Below, piece by piece: positions 53,650 to 64,000 of a stretch of 64,000 bases of DNA; position 1 is the first letter of the stretch, and each line of letters opens with the position of its first letter. The notes under the pieces are model-generated. The model did not search any database and was not told the origin of the DNA. It saw only the letters and a program-made list of their open reading frames with translations. Made by a program: the position numbers and the translations under genes. Source of the DNA: Octopus sinensis. Taxonomy: Eukaryota. The stretch spans positions 29,264,001 to 29,328,000 of the forward strand of contig NC_043000.1 of the NCBI RefSeq assembly GCF_006345805.1, in the 5' to 3' direction.

Positions 53650-53870
53650 GCGTCTGCGCATGTATTGCTAAGTTTTTGGCAAAATTTGGTGCCGATTCGT
53701 GGTGAATGCGACGATCATACGCTACACACGTTCCTTCTAAGCACTACTGTAAACAGCGGAAATGAGCTAGAACGTTAAAACTTAGTGCGCATGCACAGCA
53801 GAGTTCAAGATCAATATGTGTCAGGCGGCTTCACTCTGCGTGCTTTAGCTTCGTTTCCATGGCAACAGTC
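53650..53870. promoter_or_regulatory. Candidate promoter: RFX X-box plus NRF1-like sites
   Basis: GTTTCCATGGCAAC (53853-53866) fits the 14-bp X-box consensus. TGCGCATG motifs at about 53655 and 53786 in CpG-containing unique sequence. Confidence 0.5.
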
Positions 53871-54551
53871 CGGATACTTATTGATCAGTCCACCTATAAT
53901 CACCGTCCTCAGATGTTAAAACTTTAAACAGGTATCAAACAGCTGAGATAAATTAATAGACCTATCCGACAATGTTGGTTGGATTCGTTACAACCTATGT
54001 ATTATCTCAACTGTTTGATACGCGTCTTAAATTTTACCTGGGTATAGCGGATTATATATTATGATATAATCTATGAATACATCACCAAAACTCTACCGAA
54101 ACAGCTGTCAGAAATGTTAAGCTCCATTTGCGATCTCCTCTTTATTCCAACACACACCTTAAACCAACCCTGAGTTGGATCTACAGTTAAAATTCGATTG
54201 GGTACTTACATGGCTACAGTATCTCTTCAGCACTTGATAACTTGATTGCTTTATATCACTGTACCCAGCTATTTCTGGCCTCCTATGTGTTGATGCGTCT
54301 AGATTCCATTGAATTCTATGAATTTTATAACTAATCAATATATTCGCCATGATAGATCGGTAGCCTCAACACATTTTTCTCTCCTCGTTTCTCTCATTGT
54401 TTCTTTCTGTGTTCCTTTCTGTGGAAGAGCGTAGGCTCGAAACGTTAAAGACTTTTTCAATTCGCGAGCGTTATACTAATACACCTGTTTGCTGTCTACA
54501 CCACCTGTCTTCGTCTTTTGTTTTTTCGCGAATTCTCCCTATATATATTAT

Positions 54552-54643
<92 letters not shown>

Positions 54644-54654
54644 ATGTATGTATG

Positions 54655-54688
<34 letters not shown>

Positions 54689-54849
54689 TGTATGTATGTA
54701 GCTATGTATATATGATGGTCTCTCCCGTCGGTTTTGACGTACAAGGTTCCGACAACGTACTCTTGCTTTGTCAGTCATAATGCTTATGTCGAACGTGACA
54801 TTTAAGACACGCCAGTGATTTGAAAAGAAGCCCACAAATGCTGCAAGTT

Positions 54850-55670
54850 TGAAGATTACAGGTCAGTGCTAGTGAAATAAAAAAAAACTGAAAGAAAGAA
54901 ATTATGTATACACGGTATACACTGAACAAGAAGGGACATACGCATAACATACAAAGGTTTAAAATAAGTGACGGGGAGGATAATAGAGATGTGACTCTCC
55001 TGATACGAGAAGGCCTCTAGGAATACTCTAGGAACCCCTCTGTCCGACATTGCCCTGAAACCCTTGGAGCAAGTGCCCTCTCCAATTCCTTCTCTCCAAT
55101 TCACGGGTCTACACTTAGAGAGGTACCATCCACTCTTGCCATTTTCAATAAACTCATTCGACTCTCAATTTCTTTTTCAAGTGAAACTTGAAGAAGCGAA
55201 TGTAGAGCTCTCATTCGCTTCTTCAATTTTCACTTTACCAAAGAGGAATGTATCTGTCCTCATGCTTTTCAGCCTTGTCCAACAAACAACCTCTTTCGCC
55301 ACAGTCACCAGGCAAAGGAAAATTGCTTTCCTGCCATATATTGAAGGAGGGCGGCGGTGCAATCATCTCTGCAGACTCGGTCGACAAACGGATCCGTTTC
55401 ACACTTGACAGAAGCTGTTTGATATAACCCCACATGTCATCAATGCCCGGACACTGAACGAGGGCGTGCAGAACGGTTTCATCATACTGTTCGACTGATA
55501 GCAGATCCGTGCCTGTAACGTTTATCTCGAAACGGTGGCCCTCGTCCCCAGTAGCACTGCCTGGCCAAGAACATCTGGGAATTATCCATGATAGTTCCCG
55601 ATCGGAAAGTCCTCCTGAATAGACAAGCTAGTCTGTCCGTTCTCGTTGGCGCCCAGAGTCTCACTGTGAA
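54850..55670 (-). mobile_element. Tx1/L1-clade LINE 3' fragment
   Basis: Minus strand: RDKRYRHGSAIS...DETVLHALVQCPGIDDMWGYIKQLLS (zinc-knuckle region), then VAKEVVCWTRLK...FFKFHLKKKLRVE. Confidence 0.75.
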
Positions 55671-55697
55671 CGTCAATAATAATAATAATAATAATGA

Positions 55698-55875
55698 TAC
55701 TATCTGTCAAGTCACAACAAGGACCCCAGACAGGCTGCTTGCATATAGTGTCTGCACGCATATAGTACTGTCTGTCTGTGGTTCTTGTTGTGACTTGACA
55801 GACAGTAGAAATCTCCGGTAGACACATTATCTTCGACGAACAACATTACGATATTGGATACTGTTCGAAGTCTTC

Positions 55876-55916
<41 letters not shown>

Positions 55917-55930
55917 TGATAATAATAATG

Positions 55931-55982
<52 letters not shown>

Positions 55983-56101
55983 TAATAATAATAATAATAA
56001 AATTTGCGCGTGTAATCTGGGAATGCATACAATGAACTTCTCTGCTCTAGGTGTATGGAAAACACTCGGCGAGAAACGGCAGAAAATTTGAAGAAAGAAG
56101 G

Positions 56102-56155
<54 letters not shown>

Positions 56156-56290
56156 GTAATAATAATGGAAGACCAATAAGGCTTGGAACCACTCGAATAC
56201 TCCGGAAGGTGCACAAAAAATAAGGGGTGTTACTTTAGTTCACTGGTAGTGAACAGCTGATGCTGTAGTACATCTCCAACGTTCTTTCAT
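55698..56290 (+). mobile_element. Chain of short retroelement 3' ends separated by (AAT)n arrays
   Basis: Inserts at 55698-55875, 56001-56101 and from 56166 (encodes LGTTRILRKV, an RLE C-terminus). Confidence 0.6.
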
Positions 56291-56522
56291 CTGTTAATGC
56301 CGGCGCGACGCTCACACCCGCGCTAGGCACATACATACGCAGATAGACACACATATAGACACACACATGCGCGTGCACACATACACACACATTTTGGTCT
56401 ATAAGAGTTGAGAAACGCTCGTTTATAGGTAGACATATACAACCACAGACAAGCACAGGATGCATGAATCTATTTGTCTGTCTGTCACTGTCTGTCTGTC
56501 TGTCTGTCTGTCTATCTGTCTG

Positions 56523-56569
<47 letters not shown>

Positions 56570-56663
56570 GTATACCTACCTGTATACCTACCTACCTATC
56601 TTTCTCTCTCCCTCCCTCTATCTTTCTATCTTCACCTATCTGTACTCCTCCCACCCTCCCTTC

Positions 56664-56718
<55 letters not shown>

Positions 56719-56747
56719 CTATCTCTATCTATCTATCTATCTATCTA

Positions 56748-56788
<41 letters not shown>

Positions 56789-57809
56789 ACATGTCTCTCT
56801 ATGCATTTCTTCGTTTCGTTCTGAGTTCAAATTCCGCCGAGGTCGACTACGCGTTTCATCCTTTCGGGGTCGATAGAATAAGTACCAGGTGTACACTGGG
56901 GTTCTAGTAATCGACCTAAGTTGTTTGCTTTGCACCAAAATTTGAAAGCATTATTTAGCTCCAATCACTGCTAGTCCAGTTGGTCCATGATAAAAGACAT
57001 TCTAGTCAGGACCATCCTGCCTTTCCATAGTTTATCTCAGACTATAATATAGACAATTTCTTTCCTTATTTTTCAAAATGATGGCAGTGTGTTTTAAGAG
57101 AGACTGAACTTCTATTTCTAGCAGATCAAACGATCTCGCGGGAGCTCTGTACTTGACTCTTTAAATTCTCTTGTTCTCAGTTCAAATTCCAAGGAGGTCG
57201 ACTTTACTATTTATATTTCCAGTGTCTATAAATGAACCAAAGTAAACGTAACATCTGAAAATCGGTTATATGTTTCTTTATATATATCAAAAGGATGTGT
57301 TATATCATTATACCACATCTACAAAAACAGCCATGCCAGCAATCCAACATACCTCCATCATCAGCTGCCCCACAGATGTCATTGTGGTTTCGACACCTGG
57401 GCAGTAGCGTTCAACCCGGCAGTGTCAACAGCACTAAAAGAAGTGTTATTTGGACACAAACATACTAAAAAAACTACAAGAAACACATAAATCTATGTAC
57501 ATCTGTATCGGTATTCATAGTAAACCTAAAATAACTAAGTTATATACTAAATATTGACCAATCTTTAAGTCCATGCAAATAATAATCCTACAAGTCTTCC
57601 ATAGATACCACTATAATAAAAGAAAGTGAAAGCTTTATTTCAATTGTCTCCCAAACAAAACCATTGAATTTAATTTAACGAATACTATAATTATGAATGA
57701 AATGCATTATTTCATAATTCAAAAGTTAATAATAAAAACACTATATATAGACTACCCTTACAAGCTATACATACATATATATAGGTTATAGTAGGTTTGG
57801 CATTAATAC

Positions 57810-58030
57810 CTAGGACATAGCTATTGAATTACAGAGACTATGGAAAGTGCGGGTAAAATGTATCCCAGTAGTTATAGGTGCATTGAGAACTCTCCCTTAA
57901 GATCTGAACAGATGGATAGAGGAAATAGGTATCAAACTTAGTTCAGCACAGCTGCAGAAAACAGTGTTATTGGGGACAATTAGAATACTTAGGAGGGTTC
58001 TTGGCATCTAAGTTTACTTGTTGTAGACCG
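57810..58030 (+). mobile_element. RLE-type LINE 3' end
   Basis: IAIELQRLWKVRVKCIPVVIGALRTLP-DLNRWIEEIG...QLQKTVLLGTIRILRRVLGI-stop. Confidence 0.8.
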
Positions 58031-58574
58031 ATGTTATGATTTTTTCGTTTTTAACAGTCTAATCCGTTGTGTGTATATGAAAATAATAAATAATAACAAT
58101 AACACTTGCTTACCAACCACATAGTTCCCGGTTCATTCTGTGCCACCTTGAGCAAGTGTCTTCTACTATAGCCTCGGGCCGACCAAAGCTTTGTGAGTGG
58201 ATTTGGTAGACAGAAACTGAAAGAAGCCCGTCGTATATATGTACGTATATACTTGTATGTGTATGTATATGTTTGTGCGTATGTATGTGTATGTATATGT
58301 TTGTGCGTCTGTGTTTGTCCTCCAACATCACTTGACAACCGATGCTGGTGTGTTTACGTCCCCGTAACTTAGCGGTTCGGCCAAAGAGACCGATGGAATA
58401 AGTACTAGCCTTCCAAAGAATAAGTTCTCGGGTCGATTTGTTCGAGTAAAGGTGGTGCTCCAGCATGGCCGCAGTCAAATGACTGAAACAAGTAAAAGAG
58501 AAAGGAGAGACAACAACAACAACAACAACAACAACAAAAAAACAACAATAACCACAACAACAATAATAATAATG

Positions 58575-58612
<38 letters not shown>

Positions 58613-58630
58613 TAATAATAATGATAATAA

Positions 58631-59199
58631 CATCATTACAGCCATCCTCAGCCAGTTGTTGAAGGTAAAGATGTCACCATCCTCTGGGATTTTCCAGTCA
58701 ACACTGACAGAACGATCAAGGCTAATCGACCAGACATAATCGTTAAAGACAGGGAAGAAAATACCTGCAGACTAATAGAAGTAAGCGTCCCCACTGATAA
58801 AAATGTATCTGTCAAGGAATTTGACAAACTTAGTAAATATAAGGACCTGGAAATCGAAATACAGAGGATGTGGAATCTTAAAACAAAAACTGTTCCTGTT
58901 ATTGTAGGTGCCCTAGGTATGATAAAAAAGGGATGTCAGAAACACCTAGACAATATCCCTGGAAAACCATGTCTCAAGGAAATCCAAAAGATTGTGCTAA
59001 CAAGTACTGCCCACATCCTTAGAAAAACCCTATCAATGTAAATGTTTGTGTTTGCATTACATGGAGATATATCTCTACTTCCCCTCCCCAAGCTTTCAGC
59101 TATATTTCAACAACTCTTAACCTTCACTTGCCCTAGGTCGCTGGGTGTGCCCCGGCAGGTGATTGCATCAAACATGCAGATTAAAAGTAAATGACAATG

Positions 59200-59235
<36 letters not shown>

Positions 59236-59236
59236 T
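58631..59236 (+). mobile_element. 5'-truncated R4/Dong-like LINE with open restriction-like endonuclease frame (58643-59041) and (AAT)n tail
   Basis: 132 uninterrupted codons: HPQPVVEGKDVTILWDFPVNTDRTIKANRPDIIVKD...LIEVSVP...KLSKYKDLEIEIQRMW...PVIVGALG...TAHILRKTLSM-stop. Flanked by (AAT)n on both sides. Confidence 0.9.
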
Positions 59237-60447
59237 TCAGTCACAAGCCATTGGTCAGTTCTTGGCTATAACAGACGATTCTGACCAAACTGCCACACAG
59301 TGAGATAGAACCTCGAATCACGTAGTTGCAAAGCGACCTTCTAAAAACCTCACAGCCATGCCCCCTACCATCTACATCTTCATCGCCGTACTTTGGCAAT
59401 AACCAGTAGAACTCCAAAATTGCATTTGTAAGATGCAAAGAACATAAAGAATATGAGTAGCTTTGAATTCTGGAATCAAAGACATAGATCAATCGTTATG
59501 AATGTTTTGTGTCGAGGGAATCAGAAAACTGAACAACATTTGTACTATATTCCATGTTGTTGCTTTCGTTATTGTTCTTGTTGATGTTTAGCTCCAAGAC
59601 AAACCTGATTTGGCAAACTTATGATCAAAGGCGTTCCGGGCGTGACGATCCTAACGTTTATTCATATACAGTAGGTGCAGAACGCTCTATGTAATGTATA
59701 CTCTTTTTTTTAAAAAAAAGGTAGCATGTGATTTGAAGAGAATTTGGTTACTATATCCTTCAAGAGATCAAACGACTGCATGTAATAAACAAAACAGGCA
59801 TCTGTATATTATTTATAACATTGTGGGTAGGGTTTGAGAGATCAGTACCTATCTATCTATCTATCTATCTATCTATATAATATATATGCATATATCTACA
59901 CACACACACATATATATATACTTACAACCACATACACATACACACACCACTATATATATAATATATTATATATATATATATATATACATATTATATATAT
60001 ATATATATATATATACATATATATTATTTATATTATATTATATTATATTATATTATATTATATTATATATACATATATATATATATTCGTGGCGCCCCAT
60101 CGGTTACGACGACGAGGGTGCCAGTCGATCCGATCAACGGAACAGCTTGCTCGTGAAATTAACTGAGTACTCCACAGACACGTATACCCTTAACGTAGTT
60201 CTCGGGGAGATTCAGTGTGACACAGAGTGTGACAAGGCTGGCCCTTTGAAATACATGTACAAGAGAAACAGGTAGAAAGAGTGAGAGAAAGTTGAGGTGA
60301 AAGAGTACAGCAGGGTTCACCCCCTGCCGGTGCTTCGTGGAGCTTTAGGTGTTTTCGCTCAATAAACACTCACAACGCCCGGTATGGGAATCGAAACCGC
60401 GATCCTACGACCGCGAGTCTGCTGCGTTAAAGAATGGGTTATTGTGC

Positions 60448-60530
<83 letters not shown>

Positions 60531-60959
60531 CAGGCGAAGTATGGCAGAATTGTCAAGAGATACTTCGCAGTCAGGAGGTCCCGGTTTCGATTTTACTGCG
60601 TAGCATATTAGGCCAGTATAATTTCTATGGCTTCAGATCATTTCATAGCATGTCAGTGAAATTCTGCCGGCGGAAACTGTGCAGAAGCCAATCAATCGGA
60701 TTTATCGAATCTCCATTTCAAAAAGCTCCATCCTTGTCCCACTGCATCCCGCTGATTCTGAGAATTGTATTTGGAGTAAACGTGTCTGTGGCATACTCAA
60801 CCACTTACACACTATTCAATGAGTTTGGTAGTTGAACAATTGAGCACTTTTGGTTGGAAGTTCTAGCCGTGGCCCATTCCATTGTATCACACTATACATC
60901 ATAATTGCATATCGTATCGTACAATTGTCATCATACATCATACACCAACAGAGCATGGA

Positions 60960-61345
60960 TGACACTTTAACAAAAGCCTTCTTAATTAAGCCCGAGTTCT
61001 CCATATGCTTTGCCACTCTTGTCCAAGCAGCTCTAGATATTAACCATCTATTGTATTCTTTACCTGCTCCTTCATCTGTCACCCTTTGCTCTTCCTTCTA
61101 TGATGATGTTTTCCAAACCTCTGCTTCTTCGAACACACCAATAATAGATGAGCTTTTTTTTTTCTCACAGTGTTCAGAAGTTGTCCTTCCACTACTAGTT
61201 GTAACACCCGTTCATTTGTCCTATGATCTTTTTAAAGAATTCTCCAATACACCCACATTTCAAACGCATTGATTATGTTCTCTTCAAATTTGTTCAGTGT
61301 TTGTGCTTCGCAACTATAAATGGCTATTGTCCAAATGAGTTCTCG
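60960..61345 (-). mobile_element. RTE-clade LINE 3' fragment
   Basis: Minus strand: LIWTIAIYSCEAQTLNKFEENIINAFEMWVYWRIL...TNERVLQL...LLNTVRKKK...LENIIIEGR. Confidence 0.8.
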
Positions 61346-62508
61346 CACTCATATCGCATCATAATGTCATATTATATCATATATCATCTCATATAAATTG
61401 AATGCAAACTCATAAATCACTGAAGTTACTATAAAATATCGAGGATATCTTCCTTGTATTTTATATCAATACCATCTTCCCCGAAACATAAGATATCGTA
61501 AGATGAAAGACACCAGAAAAGACAAAATATATTTAATATCATTTGTTAAACAGATTTACAGACAGCGAAATCGAGAATTGATTATCCGAATATAGTTATT
61601 TAATCATAATATTCATGTAGTCTTCCTCTTAAAATATTGTGCACTTGAGCCACCGTTATTTTGATAGCTTGCTGAATTAGTAGAATCGCAAGCGTGGTAG
61701 CTAAATGTCTTGCTGTATTTATTTATGTCATTGTACGTTCTGAGTTCAAATCCAACCTGGTTGATTCTAATTTTCATCTCAGGCTGTTAGAATGTAGTAT
61801 CGATTGATATAAGCGACCATTTCATCCGACGGAAAGTTATCGCTACTTACAAATGTAAGTTATACCTATGAAATATAATATGTTCGAGCCGAGGGTGTTT
61901 AATTTTACATGGTCGATTGACCTGCAAAACGCAATAGCTAAATGTTCCTCAAATTACACCCTTTATCTTGAAAGAACACATTAAATCATTCTAAGAGCTC
62001 TTTGATTATTTTCTTTCTTCTATTTGAAAAGGTGAACATTTCCCGAAATATTATAGGATCATTAAACAAAATATGTAAGGTAATACATTATCTTTTCTCT
62101 TTGTTTTCATTTAATGACATCACTTTACATATTGTGACAAAATTATCTCCTGCATTGCTGAAATGTTTCATGGAACACTTTTATCATTTACGCATATTGC
62201 AATGCTTCAAGCAATTTACAAGATATTAGATAATATTGTCTAAGTTATTTCTGAAAATGCAGGATAAAATACGAGTGGGATACAACAGCAGCAACAGTAA
62301 TAAGGCGATATATTTACAGATATATAACATATTCAGCTTGGAATATCTTTTACTTTCTACTTGCTTCAGTTTCTGGACGGCGACCATGTTGGGGCACCGC
62401 CCCAAATGATTTTTGTCGAATAAATCGACACAGTACCTATACTTTAAGTCTGATACTTACTTATTCTATCGATATTTTATCCGAAGCTTTAAGTGACGGA
62501 GACGTAAT

Positions 62509-62739
62509 ATATTTCTTTACTACCCACAAGGAGCTAAACATAGAGGGGACAAACAAGGACAGACAAAGGGATTAAGTCGATTAGATCGACCCTAGTGCGT
62601 AACTGGTAATTACTTATCGACCCCGAAATGATGAAAGGCAAAGTCGACCTCGGCGGAATTTGAACTCATAACGTAGCGGCAGACGAAATACCACTGAGAA
62701 TTTCGCCCGGCGTGCTAACGTTTCTGCCAGCTCGCCGCC
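62509..62739 (-). mobile_element. SINE family B inserted into SINE family A, 43-bp TSD
   Basis: 62464-62506 and 62740-62782 are duplicated, with about 5 mismatches. Confidence 0.8.
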
Positions 62740-63280
62740 TTCTATCGATCTTTTATCCGAACCGTTAAGTTACGGAGACGTATTATAACCAACACCGATT
62801 GTCAAGTTCTCGTGGGAGGGAAACACAAGCACTAACATACACACACATAGCACTGGCTTTCACACAGTTTTCCTTTACCAAATACATTCACAAGGCATCG
62901 GTTGACTCGGGGTTATAGTAGAAGACATTTGCTCAAAGTGTCGCGCTGTAAGATTGAACCTGACACTATCTGGTTTAAAATCAAGCGTCTTGACTACACA
63001 GCAATGCTTACGGCTGTATGACTATTATAAGATTAAGAGAATAAAGAGGTAACTTCAGATTTGTATCGAAAAAAGAACTCAAACGGTATAAGCCTAGCTG
63101 AAATCTTATCTCAAAGAATGCATATCTTACGCACGTAATTTGGCACCTTCCCATTAAAGACCAGCAATTTTACTCCTTAGATATGGAGCAGAGATAATCG
63201 CATGGACAGTAGACAAATTAAACAGCTTATATAAAACATATATAATAATAACAAAGCAAATAATAATAATAATAATAATA

Positions 63281-63740
63281 ATTTCAGGCACTGGCTCTCA
63301 TAGCGCATGATCTTAATTGATTGGAAGTGCGTGTTTTGTCTTGGCGTAAGAGATGGACTACAGTAAATATTCTGCTCCACTCCACAGATTTGCTTGTCAG
63401 TTGCTTGACTTTTACTAGTTGAGTATGTCCCTTAGTGGCTGGCGATATGTGCATCTCTGATCACGAGCATCATAGCCATGTGTTGAGAAGAATTCTTTGG
63501 GTTTGGATGATGCACCTCTGGAAACATGGGTGTTTCGTTCAACATCCTTAAACAATCCTAATTCAAGGTCCTATTGAGCAAGATGGGCACACGTCCTGAA
63601 GACAATTCTAAGTCCCACCTGCAAGGTCATGTGCTGTTTATGTTGATATGAGAATATCTCCATGTCACGCACATATGGTTGTGATGCATGTGCCTGGTGT
63701 ACCCTTATCAAACGAGTAGTCAAGGATGGGGGGTGTTTTG
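63281..63740 (-). repeat. Unclassified retroposon-like sequence with (TTA)n tail
   Basis: GC-richer block ending in (TTA)n on the minus strand. Recurrence is not testable within the window. Confidence 0.35.
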
Positions 63741-64000
63741 TGCTTCATATATGTGTACCCCTGGGTCACTTATATATATATATATATATAATATATATAT
63801 CTATCTATATATATATATATTTATATATATGTATATATATACATACATACATGCACACATATATATATACATGGATAATATATGTGAATGCAAGTGTGTA
63901 TATTTATATGTGCATGTATGTATATATATATATATATATATTTTTATAATTACTGATAATTTCTTTTAAAGATTTTATCCTCAATTGTTAATTTATATTT

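Noticed and set aside
54159-54350. Minus-strand ORF with GTAAGT donor near the X-box
   Set aside because: Surrounded by Penelope-derived repeats, with no homology or partner exon.
54734-54777. Minus-strand CTGACAA...GGAAC...GTA hammerhead-like string near the Tx1 3' end
   Set aside because: Two core mismatches and ambiguous stems; no second copy to support it.

Overview
Eukaryotic, AT-rich, very repeat-dense non-coding DNA. The SINE repertoire and the abundance of (TA)n, (TACA)n, (TATC)n and (AAT)n tracts are most consistent with an octopus (cephalopod) genome; this is my recognition, not a database result. Nearly all supplied ORFs are microsatellite or TE artefacts. I can support no complete host gene, rRNA, true tRNA or CRISPR array. 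The window contains: (1) dozens of tRNA-derived SINEs built from several head/core/tail modules, often as head-to-tail multimers inside a single target-site duplication (TSD); (2) decayed DNA transposons (mariner, two DD37D/maT-like, hAT-Charlie-like, Kolobok-like and Helentron-like MITEs); (3) LINE fragments (R4/Dong-like RLE elements embedded in (AAT)n arrays, Tx1, RTE); (4) Penelope-like elements and non-autonomous derivatives, several with minimal hammerhead-ribozyme motifs. The best signal is an intact-core minimal hammerhead at 48685-48745 inside a young, non-coding, pLTR-flanked Penelope/retrozyme-like element. There is also a candidate promoter with a perfect RFX X-box (53853-53866) and a few speculative small exons of an unidentified gene. 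Repeat boundaries were read by eye and are approximate unless a TIR or TSD is quoted.
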